From assembly GCA_021851325.1 (NCBI GenBank), contig JAJZDZ010000011.1, positions 7,424-71,423 on the forward strand: DNA of 64,000 nucleotides, in the 5' to 3' direction. The DNA comes from Pseudomonadota bacterium. Its GTDB lineage: Bacteria > Pseudomonadota > Alphaproteobacteria > Micropepsales > Micropepsaceae. Below, in pieces: positions 29,333 to 37,866 of this stretch. The position numbers and the translations under genes are program-made. The stretch's first letter is position 1, and each line of letters opens with the position of its first letter. The notes beneath the pieces are model-generated. The model did not search any database and had not been told where the DNA came from. It saw only the letters and a list, made by a program, of their open reading frames with translations.

Positions 29333-31504
29333 ATGCTAAGCCGCCGCTATCTTCTCAAAAGTTCCGTCTGCATCATGGCCCTCGCCCCACTGCTGGCGCC
29401 GGCAACCATCAGGGCAGAACGGCGCTGGCCGCTGCCCCCGCATGCACCCAAACACCCAAAACGGATCGAGCAGTTCGGCCAGGTGCGCATTGATGACTAC
29501 GCCTGGCTGAAACCCACCAACTGGGCCGAGATACGCAAGGATCCGAGAGCGCTGGATCCGGCGATCCGCAAAGTGCTCGAGGCCGAAAACGCCTACGCCA
29601 AGGCCATGCTCGCGCCTACCCAACCGCTGCAGGATACGCTCTTTGCCCGCATGCAGAACCTCAGCGCAGCCGACGTTCCCCCACCGGCCATCATCGAGGA
29701 CGGCTGGGCCTATTACAGCTGGACCCCTGACGGAGAAAGCTATCCAATCTATGCACGCAGACCCGCCTCGGGCGGCGCGGAACAGATTCTTCTTGACCTC
29801 AACGCCGAGGCCAGGGGCAAAGCCTACTATGCGCTTTCGGTGTTCCAGGCTCCGGTCCGCAGCCCCGACAACCGCCTCTTTGCCTGGGCGGTCGACGAGA
29901 CCGGCTCGGAGTACCACACACTTTACGTCAAGGACATTGAAACCGGACGTATCGTTTCTTCGGATATTCATGACTGTTATGGCACGTTCGCCTTCGCCCC
30001 GGACTCAAAACATCTGTTCTGGGTGCTCCGCGATCGCCTCAGCCGTCCGACCAAGGTCTTCCGTCGACCGGCCCGTGGCGGCACTGATGTCGAGGTCTAT
30101 GATGAGAAGGACCCGGCTTTCTTCATTCACGTGTCGCTGACTGCCTCCAAGCGCACGCTTCTCATACACTGCTTTAATGGCGACATGGGGGACACGCGGG
30201 TTGTCTTCGGCGATGACGTACTTGGAACCCCAACCCTGGTGGAACCCAGACGCAATGGCCTGCTCTACACGGTGGAAGACTGGCAGAACGATTATCTGAT
30301 CCTGACCAATGCCAACGGCGCCTATGATTTCAAGGTCATGCGTGCACACCGCACCAATCTTAGCGAATCCGGCTGGCAGCCATTTATTGCCCACCACCCT
30401 GGGCACTTCATTGCCTCCATCCGTCCGTTTCGAAATTTTCTGGTGCTGACCGAGTGGCGCGATGCCAACCCTCACCTCATCACTGCGACACCAGCTGGAC
30501 AGAGGCACGATATCGCCTTCGCTGAAGCTGCCTACAATGTGAGCCTTGAACCGCAGCAAAGCTACGAAACCGACAATCTGCGTTACGCCTATGAGACGCC
30601 TCGCCTGCCCAAGGCCTGGTATGATTATGATATGAAAACCGCAAAGCGCCGGCTGCTAAGTGCACCTCACCGCAGCTTTGACCCGGAGCACTATGTTGTG
30701 GAACGCCTTTCGGCGCCTTCCAGCGATGATGTCATGGTGCCAATCACGGTGCTGATGAAGAAGGGAACGAAGCTCGATGGGAGCGCGCCGCTCCTGATGT
30801 ATGGCTATGGTTCCTACGGCGATTCGGTCACTGCGAGCTTTTCTGCACCAGCACTCGCACTTGTCGACCAGGGCTGGATCCACGTCCTTGCCCATGTCCG
30901 CGGTGGCTCCGAGAAGGGGACCCGCTGGTGGCGCTCAGTACTCAAGCGCGGCAAGAAGAAGACCTTTGTGGACTTCATCGCCTGTGCCGAGCATCTGATC
31001 CAAAAGCGCTACACGCGCCCCGGACAGATCGCGATCCACGGGCTCTCGGCCGGTGGGCTGCTGATTGGCGCCGTTTACAACATGCGCCCGGACCTCTGGG
31101 GCGCCGCGATTGCGCAAGTCCCCTTTGTCGATCTTCTCAACACCATGGAAGATGAAAACCATCCCTTGTGGTTCACCGCCCTGCCGATCTGGGGCGACCC
31201 ACGCATCAAGGCCGATTGGGAGTACATGGCGAGCTATTCGCCCTATACCAATGTGCACAAAGCGGCCTATCCGCCGCTTCTGGCAACAGGCAGCCTTGTC
31301 GACGACCGGGTTGGCTTCTGGGAGCCGGTCAAGTTTGTCGAGAAGGTTCGCGACGACAGCACCAACAAGGCACCCAAAATGGTCAAGATTGATATGTCGG
31401 CCGGCCATATGGGCGCCTCCGGTCGCAACGCCAAGCTGCGTCAGCAGGCGATGTTCTATGCCTTCGCCATCTGGGCGGTGGGCAACAAATGGGGCCTCGG
31501 CTAG
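29333..31504 (+). CDS. Tat-exported S9 family serine peptidase (oligopeptidase B / prolyl oligopeptidase-like)
   Basis: The N-terminus has a twin-arginine motif (LSRRYLLKS). The catalytic motif is GLSAGGLL, followed by DDRV and AGHMG. Confidence 0.85.
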   Translation: MLSRRYLLKSSVCIMALAPLLAPATIRAERRWPLPPHAPKHPKRIEQFGQVRIDDYAWLKPTNWAEIRKDPRALDPAIRKVLEAENAYAKAMLAPTQPLQDTLFARMQNLSAADVPPPAIIEDGWAYYSWTPDGESYPIYARRPASGGAEQILLDLNAEARGKAYYALSVFQAPVRSPDNRLFAWAVDETGSEYHTLYVKDIETGRIVSSDIHDCYGTFAFAPDSKHLFWVLRDRLSRPTKVFRRPARGGTDVEVYDEKDPAFFIHVSLTASKRTLLIHCFNGDMGDTRVVFGDDVLGTPTLVEPRRNGLLYTVEDWQNDYLILTNANGAYDFKVMRAHRTNLSESGWQPFIAHHPGHFIASIRPFRNFLVLTEWRDANPHLITATPAGQRHDIAFAEAAYNVSLEPQQSYETDNLRYAYETPRLPKAWYDYDMKTAKRRLLSAPHRSFDPEHYVVERLSAPSSDDVMVPITVLMKKGTKLDGSAPLLMYGYGSYGDSVTASFSAPALALVDQGWIHVLAHVRGGSEKGTRWWRSVLKRGKKKTFVDFIACAEHLIQKRYTRPGQIAIHGLSAGGLLIGAVYNMRPDLWGAAIAQVPFVDLLNTMEDENHPLWFTALPIWGDPRIKADWEYMASYSPYTNVHKAAYPPLLATGSLVDDRVGFWEPVKFVEKVRDDSTNKAPKMVKIDMSAGHMGASGRNAKLRQQAMFYAFAIWAVGNKWGLG

Positions 31505-31535
31505 AGCGGATATTACCATCGATCGCAGGAGACTT

Positions 31536-31557
31536 GCGCGCGCCCCAATGCGCGCGC
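31536..31557. terminator. GC hairpin between convergent genes (possible bidirectional terminator)
   Basis: GCGCGCGC (31536-43) and GCGCGCGC (31550-57) are self-complementary 8-mers separated by CCCAAT. There is no clear U-tract. Confidence 0.35.
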
Positions 31558-31570
31558 GGCCGCGTCAGCC

Positions 31571-32740
31571 TCAGCGCCTGCGGTACCAGACGTAGAGCCC
31601 GGTCAGCGACAGCACGGCGGTAGCAAGACCAAGAACAAAGACGAATGCCCGTGTTGGCCAGCCAAAGATGCGGCCTGAGTGCAGAGGATAAAGTGACCGC
31701 AGCAAGATCCCCCGCGCACCCTCCTGATAAGGATCATCCTGTCCTGCAACACGCTTGGCATTGGCACTGACGAAGTACTCCACGGGACCGAGCCAGGCAT
31801 AGGTGTTATCGCCCTTGGGAATAAAGGAGACGCCATAAAGCCCCAGCTGGGGATCATAGGAAGCAAAAACCGGTACCCAGCCAGGCAGGCTTATCTTCGC
31901 CCTCTTGCCTGCGACTTGAAGGCTCTTCTCAAAATTGATCTGGACAGGCGGCGTTCGCATTCCAGCACCCGCGCCATCCAGCGCTCCGTCGGGAGCGCCA
32001 AATATCAAGTTGACGGATGGCACGAACAGCTCATCAAAAAAATTCATCTCGACCGAGGTCACCGCAAGGATGAGAAAGCCGAGGAACAGCCACAGGCCAC
32101 CGGCGCGGTGAAGATCAAGACAGAAGCGGGGCAGTCGAGTGCCGCGGGCCACCCGCCACATCTTGCTCCAGCGTTTCCAGAACGGTGGCAGGCCCGGAAA
32201 AGTGAGGTAAAAGCCCAAAAGATTCGAAATCACCCAGCCAAACGCCACGACACCCATGAACCAGCGGCCGAACGTGCCGAGTAGCAGATTCTGATGCAGC
32301 TGAAAGATCGCCGCGATGAGGTGGCGGCGGCTCCAGCCCGGGCGATTGTTCCGCATCCCCAGAATGCGGCCCGTATGTGGGTCGACAAAAACCTGACTAA
32401 AAGCAAGTGGTGGCTTGGCAGGCGCCGCGGTTACCTCAAATGCAAGGGCGCGACCGCGATGAAGGCGAAGGGGAACTTTGGTAATCCGCCACGACGGATG
32501 GCGGTGCGCGAGCTCATCCGCCAGGCGTGCAGGCGCCATGATCGAACCATGGGTAGCGACGTCAAAGAGCTTTGGGTTGAGGAGCGCATCAAGCCGCGCG
32601 CGGAAGATCAGGATACTTCCGGTCAGGCCCGCGAGAACGAGAAAAGCAAGAATCGAAAGGCCGAGATAGCGGTGCAGCCATACCAGGGCGGGTCGTACGC
32701 GCATGCTCGCTACATCTGCTCCTTGTGCTCTGCTTCGCAT
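31571..32740 (-). CDS. PepSY-associated TM-helix membrane protein
   Basis: The conserved N-terminal WLHRYLGL is followed by four TM segments, with periplasmic stretches between them. The start may be the second Met at 32704. Confidence 0.75.
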   Translation of the reverse strand: MRSRAQGADVASMRVRPALVWLHRYLGLSILAFLVLAGLTGSILIFRARLDALLNPKLFDVATHGSIMAPARLADELAHRHPSWRITKVPLRLHRGRALAFEVTAAPAKPPLAFSQVFVDPHTGRILGMRNNRPGWSRRHLIAAIFQLHQNLLLGTFGRWFMGVVAFGWVISNLLGFYLTFPGLPPFWKRWSKMWRVARGTRLPRFCLDLHRAGGLWLFLGFLILAVTSVEMNFFDELFVPSVNLIFGAPDGALDGAGAGMRTPPVQINFEKSLQVAGKRAKISLPGWVPVFASYDPQLGLYGVSFIPKGDNTYAWLGPVEYFVSANAKRVAGQDDPYQEGARGILLRSLYPLHSGRIFGWPTRAFVFVLGLATAVLSLTGLYVWYRRR

Positions 32741-32911
32741 GTAAGGGGGGCACCATGGCCCCTCTTGCGGTCCGCAGCCAGCGTTCCGGGGTCCATTGCC
32801 GTCGCGGACGGGCCGTTCAATGGCCCGGGCGCGTTACAATGGGGCCCGGTTTCCGTCCAAAAGCTCAACCGGTTTGGCTAAACTCGCGACCTTGCACGAC
32901 GAGGCAATCTG

Positions 32912-33538
32912 ATGAGTGATTTCTCCGGCCGCTTTGCGCCTCAAGGACCCGAGGATGGGGTCAGGCTCCTTGCCGCGTCCCCCCTTGGCTGGATCGTCTC
33001 AGAGCATCAGGACCAGCCCTTTGCCACAGTGCTCCCCTTCAAGGCCCACACCGACCAGGATGGCAACATCTGCTCCCTGCGCGGACATTTTGCCCTTGCC
33101 AATCCGCAGCTCGCCGCCCTGCGCGCGAGCCCCCGCGCCCTGATCCTGATCCTCGGTCCCAACGCTTATGTCTCCCCGTCCTGGATGGCCGATCGCACCC
33201 AGGCACCCACCTGGAACTATGCCTCCATGTGGTTTGAGACCGAGCTGCACTTTTTCGAGGATGGCGAGAAGCTGCGCAAACTGCTCGAGGATCAGGTCGG
33301 TGCCATGGAAGAAGGACGCCGCCAAGCCTGGCAGATCAGGGACATGGGACCGCGCTACGAACGGCTCGCCACGGCGATCGTCGGCTTTGAGGCACAGGTG
33401 ATAAAAAGTCATGGCCGCTTCAAGCTCGGCCAGGATGAACGCAAGGATGTCTACCCCGATATCGTGCAGGGCCTCAAAGGCGAAGGTGCCGACGCGTTGC
33501 TGGCATGGATGGCCCGCTTCAACCCGAACCGCACCTAG
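32912..33538 (+). CDS. FMN-binding negative transcriptional regulator (PaiB family)
   Basis: It has PaiB-like motifs (HFALANPQ, ILGPNAYVSPSWM, APTWNY, GRFKLGQDE). Confidence 0.8.
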   Translation: MSDFSGRFAPQGPEDGVRLLAASPLGWIVSEHQDQPFATVLPFKAHTDQDGNICSLRGHFALANPQLAALRASPRALILILGPNAYVSPSWMADRTQAPTWNYASMWFETELHFFEDGEKLRKLLEDQVGAMEEGRRQAWQIRDMGPRYERLATAIVGFEAQVIKSHGRFKLGQDERKDVYPDIVQGLKGEGADALLAWMARFNPNRT

Positions 33539-33556
33539 TCGGCAATACGCGAGGCG

Positions 33557-34405
33557 CTAGGGCTCTTCGCCGCGTTCGAGCAGGTAGTGCGTCGGCGGTA
33601 CGCCAAATGCCCGACGGAACATGGCGGTAAAGGCGCTGGGGCTGCTATAGCCAACATCAAGAGCAACGGTGGTAACCGGATCGCCCGTAGCCAGACGCGA
33701 CAAAGCCTCCATCAGGCGCACCGTCTGTCGCCAGGTGGCAAAGCTCATTCCGGTTTCCTTGCGGAAGGTCCGCGTGAAGGTGCGCCGCCCCATCGCCGCC
33801 ACCTCCGCCCAGCCATCAAGAGCTTCGTTTTGTGCCGGATCAGCAAGGATGGCCCGGCATACCCGCACCAGGCGTGGATCGCGCGGCATCGGTACATGCA
33901 GAGGTGCAATATGGGCGCGCCGCAACTCCTCAAGAATAAGCGCCATCACCTGGCCATCACGACCCTGCTCGTCATATTCGACCGGAATACGGGTCGCCTC
34001 GACGATCAGTGCGCGCAGCAGATCGGAGACCTCGATCACGCGGCAGCTCGCTGGCAGGCCGAGCTTTGGGTCCTCCTGAACGTAGAGCGTCCGTACCGAG
34101 ACATGGCCGCGGCAGCGGGCCTCATGTTCAACTCCACCGGGGACCCAGAGCGCGCGCTGCGGCGGTAGAACAAAACTCGCCTCTTCGGTAACCACCGTCA
34201 TCACGCCGGCTATCGTGTAAAGCAGCTGGCCACGCAAGTGACTGTGGCGCGGATCAACATGGCCATCAGCGTATTCGTCGGCGAGGGCTGCAACCGGCCG
34301 CGGGATATTTTGGTAATCGCTGCCACGGGTACTGCGTTGGCCCACCCGAAATGGTTTCAGGTCCTGTGGCGACAGCAATCCAGCATGATGCGGCGTAAGG
34401 TCCAT
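33557..34405 (-). CDS. AraC-family transcriptional regulator with cupin-type sensor domain
   Basis: The N-terminal cupin region reads HSHLRGQLLYTIAGVMTV...WVPGGVEH. The C-terminal double HTH reads MGRRTFTRTFRKETGMSFATWRQ ... VGYSSPSAFTAMFRRAFGVPP. Confidence 0.85.
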   Translation of the reverse strand: MDLTPHHAGLLSPQDLKPFRVGQRSTRGSDYQNIPRPVAALADEYADGHVDPRHSHLRGQLLYTIAGVMTVVTEEASFVLPPQRALWVPGGVEHEARCRGHVSVRTLYVQEDPKLGLPASCRVIEVSDLLRALIVEATRIPVEYDEQGRDGQVMALILEELRRAHIAPLHVPMPRDPRLVRVCRAILADPAQNEALDGWAEVAAMGRRTFTRTFRKETGMSFATWRQTVRLMEALSRLATGDPVTTVALDVGYSSPSAFTAMFRRAFGVPPTHYLLERGEEP

Positions 34406-34528
34406 GCCCTGAGTATAGGTCCAAAGTTTTGTGACAGAAAGACGTCACGCGGCGGGCTGCCCTCCGGATGCGGATGGCAGGCCGGGCAATGGGCGATCGC
34501 GCGTCAGGCGCGCATCGATGGAAAGGAT

Positions 34529-35485
34529 GTGACCGACGTGGCGGGCGATGATCTTGACCCCGAGATCCGCAGCTTTGCGGCCGAAATGGCGCGGTCCTAT
34601 GCGCGCTACCCTGCCCTCGATCAAGTGCCCCTGAGCGAAGCCCGCCAGATCGCCGAGAAGGTCAGGCTGCCCTGGCGCCAGGGCGGCCCGGTGATGCATC
34701 AGAGCGAAGATCTCCACCTGCCGACGCCCCACGGACCGGTGCGGGTCCGCATCCACCGCCCCAACCCATCGCCGCAGCTGCCGGCGCTGATCTATCTTCA
34801 TGGTGGCGGCTGGACGATCTTCAGCATCGATTCCCACGACCGACTCATGCGCGAATACGCAGCCCGGGCGCAGATTGCGGTTGTGGGTGTTGATTATGCT
34901 CTGTCGCCAGAAGCCAAATATCCGGTGGCGCTGGAGCAGGTGCTTGCGATCGCTCGACTTTTGGCCCGTGAACCGTCGCGTTTCGGGCTCAAGCCGGAGC
35001 GCCTGGCCCTCGGGGGCGATTCGGCAGGCGGGAACCTTGCCCTTTCTGCCGCCCTCAAGCTCAAGGCCAGCGGTGAGAGCATCCTGCACACCCTCCTGCT
35101 GCTTTATGGCGTCTTCACAAAGGAGATCTCGGCCGAAGCCGCGCGCCGGTATGGCGGACCTGACTACATGCTCACCACCGCCGAAATGGACCAGTTCTGG
35201 TCAAACTATCTGCCGGCAAATGCCGTGTCTGATGACCCCTATGCCACCCCTCTTGGAGCTCCGCTCGGGGGCCTGCCCAGCACCTTCTTACTCGCAGGCG
35301 CCTGCGATATCCTTAGCGAACAAAGTCTTTTTCTGGCTGAACGCCTGAAAGCGGCTGGGGTCAAAACCGAGCTCAGAATTTATGCCGGCGCAACCCACAG
35401 CTTTCTTGAAGCGGTGTCACGCTCACGCCTTGCCGATCAGGCCCTTGCTGAGAGTGCCGCGTTTCTGAGCACCGAGCTTGCCTGA
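34529..35485 (+). CDS. Alpha/beta hydrolase, hormone-sensitive-lipase (Aes) type esterase
   Basis: It has the oxyanion motif HGGGW, the nucleophile motif GDSAGGN, and later Asp and His positions (ACDIL, ATHSF). I chose the GTG at 34529/34538 so the gene does not overlap the divergent AraC gene, but the start is uncertain. Confidence 0.8.
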   Translation: MTDVAGDDLDPEIRSFAAEMARSYARYPALDQVPLSEARQIAEKVRLPWRQGGPVMHQSEDLHLPTPHGPVRVRIHRPNPSPQLPALIYLHGGGWTIFSIDSHDRLMREYAARAQIAVVGVDYALSPEAKYPVALEQVLAIARLLAREPSRFGLKPERLALGGDSAGGNLALSAALKLKASGESILHTLLLLYGVFTKEISAEAARRYGGPDYMLTTAEMDQFWSNYLPANAVSDDPYATPLGAPLGGLPSTFLLAGACDILSEQSLFLAERLKAAGVKTELRIYAGATHSFLEAVSRSRLADQALAESAAFLSTELA

Positions 35486-35563
35486 CGCGTATCGCATCCC
35501 CTCACTGCTGGCCTAATCGCGATAATTTCCGTCCCGTCCGGAGATGCACGGCGTTTAAAAGCT

Positions 35564-35580
35564 CCTCACACTTGCTGAGG
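35564..35580. promoter_or_regulatory. Inverted repeat CCTCA-N7-TGAGG upstream of the TonB-dependent receptor (candidate operator)
   Basis: The 5-bp arms are perfect. The repeat lies about 40 nt upstream of ATG 35620. Its function is unknown. Confidence 0.25.
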
Positions 35581-35619
35581 TCGCCACCCTGGCGACGCCG
35601 CACAAGGGGAGTGGCGATA

Positions 35620-37752
35620 ATGCGCAAGCGCAATGTGGTCGGAGTGAAACGGATGGGACAAGTTCCACGTTCAGCGCTCCTTGCACTTTCTGCTTCGGTA
35701 CTGGTGCTGGCCTCAGCAATGGCGGCAAAGGCGGGGGACGGCATCGAAACAGTGGTGGTGACCGCACCCCATTACGTGCCCAAATCTTCGAACATCGGAA
35801 CCAAGCTCGGAGTTCCCCTGATCGAGGTGCCGCAATCGATTTCCGTCATCAACCGCGATCAGATCTCCCTGCTTGACGAGCAGAACCTCGGCGAAGCGGT
35901 GCGCTACACCTCAGGGATTGTGGGCGAGGATTTCGGCACTGACGAGCGTTATGACTGGCTTACCTTGCGTGGGTTCCAGCCCATCGAATACATCGACGGA
36001 CTGCAGGCGCCAATCGGCTCTGTGTCCAATGTCGGTGTTGACCTTTACGGCTTCCAGAGCGTGCAGGTGCTCAAGGGTCCCGCGTCGACACTTTACGGCT
36101 CGGCTCCTCCGGGCGGCATCATCAACCTGACCAGCCGTCGCCCCCAAGCCAAGTTTGGTGGCGAACTGCAGGTGCAGTATGGCAGCCATGACGACAAGCA
36201 GGTGGCAGGTACAGTCACCGGCACGCTTTATGGCGATGATCTCATCGAAGGTAGTTTCACTGCGCTGTGGCGCCGACGTGGTACCCAGATCACGGGTGAG
36301 ACCTCAAACCGGGTCTATCTCGCACCGGCGCTGACCTTCAACATTTCACCGACAACGATGCTGACTCTGCTCAGCTACTATCAATATGACGATATCAGGG
36401 GCGGTGATGGCGGCTTCCTGCCTGCCTATGGCGTGCTTCTGCCCAACCCTCTCGGCAAAATTCCCGTCAGTACCAATCTTGGCGATACCAAGTATAACGA
36501 CTTCCGCCGCAGCCAATACGGCATCGGTTATGATCTGCATCATCAGTTCAACCACTGGCTGACCTTCGAGCAGAACCTCAAATTCTTTTACAACCACAAT
36601 CGGATGCTGGACGTCTATGGCGCCGGCTTGCTGACCGGCGCCAACGGCCTTCCCGTCGACTATCGCACGGTCGAGCGCTACAATTTCCCCTTCCAGGAAG
36701 CGATTACCTCGTTCAACGTGGATTCGCGGCTCAACGCCGATTTCAATCTCGGTATGATTCAGAACAAGGCATTGCTTGGCCTTGATTATCGTGATTATCG
36801 CGACAACTCGGACTATGGCTTTTCGCTCGCCCCGCCCATCGATCTGTTCCATCCGGTTTACGGCATGGCGATCACCACCCCGCCCCTCATGCCCTATACG
36901 CGGGAAGTACAGCGCCAGACCGGGCTCTATGCGGAGGATCAGGCCCGTTATCACAGCTGGATCCTGACCCTGAGTGGCCGGCAGGACTGGCTTACGACCA
37001 AGAACTACGGCCAACCGAGCAATGATCAGGCCTTCACCTACCGCGCTGGGGTGAACTACCTGTTTGACAGTGGCCTGGCGCCCTATGTCAGCTACGCGAC
37101 CTCATTTGAACCGGTCGCCGGCGCTGATTTTGCCGGCCACCCCTTCAAGCCAAGTACCGGTGACCAGGTCGAAGCTGGCGTCAAGTTCGAACCCACATTC
37201 CTGCCCCGCAATGTCCAAGCGCTGGCGACCCTCGCCGTCTACGACATCAACGAGAACAATGTCCTGACGACCGACCCTGCTCACGCCTTCTTCAGCGTCC
37301 AGACCGGCGCTGCAGAGGTCAAGGGTGTCGAACTGGAAGGGGTGACGCGGATCAACAACCAGATCACGATCAATGCCTCTTATACCTATACCGATGCCCA
37401 GGTGACACGCAGCAATGGCAACGATCTTGGCAAGCGCCTGCCCATGGTCCCCTTGCACAAGTTCTCCGCTCTCGGCGACTACACCTTGCAAAGGGGCCTT
37501 TTGGCCGGCTTTGGCGGTGGCGTCGGCATTCGTTACCTGAGCAGCAGCTATGGTGATCCAGCCAATCAGTTCCGCAATCCCTCGGTAGTTCTGTGGGATG
37601 CAATCCTGCACTACGATTTTCATCCCTGGCGTCTGCAACTCAACGCCTCGAACCTGTTCGACAAGACCTATATTTCCCGCTGCACCTCGATCAGCCAGTG
37701 CTTCTATGGCACCGGCCGGACCTTGGACCTGACCCTGACGCGGAAATTCTGA
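35620..37752 (+). CDS. TonB-dependent siderophore-type outer-membrane receptor
   Basis: It has a signal peptide (ALLALSASVLVLASAMAAKA) and plug-domain motifs (ETVVVTA, IEVPQSISVI, RG....IDG, VQVLKGPASTLYG). The beta-barrel ends in the terminal aromatic ...LTLTRKF. Confidence 0.9.
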   Translation: MRKRNVVGVKRMGQVPRSALLALSASVLVLASAMAAKAGDGIETVVVTAPHYVPKSSNIGTKLGVPLIEVPQSISVINRDQISLLDEQNLGEAVRYTSGIVGEDFGTDERYDWLTLRGFQPIEYIDGLQAPIGSVSNVGVDLYGFQSVQVLKGPASTLYGSAPPGGIINLTSRRPQAKFGGELQVQYGSHDDKQVAGTVTGTLYGDDLIEGSFTALWRRRGTQITGETSNRVYLAPALTFNISPTTMLTLLSYYQYDDIRGGDGGFLPAYGVLLPNPLGKIPVSTNLGDTKYNDFRRSQYGIGYDLHHQFNHWLTFEQNLKFFYNHNRMLDVYGAGLLTGANGLPVDYRTVERYNFPFQEAITSFNVDSRLNADFNLGMIQNKALLGLDYRDYRDNSDYGFSLAPPIDLFHPVYGMAITTPPLMPYTREVQRQTGLYAEDQARYHSWILTLSGRQDWLTTKNYGQPSNDQAFTYRAGVNYLFDSGLAPYVSYATSFEPVAGADFAGHPFKPSTGDQVEAGVKFEPTFLPRNVQALATLAVYDINENNVLTTDPAHAFFSVQTGAAEVKGVELEGVTRINNQITINASYTYTDAQVTRSNGNDLGKRLPMVPLHKFSALGDYTLQRGLLAGFGGGVGIRYLSSSYGDPANQFRNPSVVLWDAILHYDFHPWRLQLNASNLFDKTYISRCTSISQCFYGTGRTLDLTLTRKF

Positions 37753-37759
37753 CGCACTG

Positions 37760-37793
37760 TGGCCACGTGTGCCCTATTGGGGCCACGTGGCCA
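37760..37793 (+). terminator. Hairpin built from two GGCCACGTG repeats just after the receptor stop codon
   Basis: TGGCCACGTG (37760-69) pairs with CACGTGGCCA (37784-93) over a 14-nt loop. There is no U-tract. It could be a terminator or a protein-binding site. Confidence 0.4.
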
Positions 37794-37866
37794 ACGCGTA
37801 CGATAACACTATTGCCAGACGGCAGAATCCGGCCCGGGTGTACTTAAGGACAAGGAGGCACCCGTA

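Noticed and set aside
34238-34528. The N-terminal ~97 codons of the esterase ORF.
   Set aside because: This part overlaps the divergent AraC gene and is not protein-like (MTVARINMAISVFVGEGCNRPRD...). Esterase homology starts later.
35514-35529. A Fur-box-like AT-rich stretch (TAATCGCGATAATTTC) upstream of the TonB-dependent receptor.
   Set aside because: Only an 8-bp palindrome (ATCGCGAT) is present, and the match to the 19-bp Fur consensus is poor. Rhizobiales-type organisms usually rely on Irr and RirA, not Fur, for iron control.
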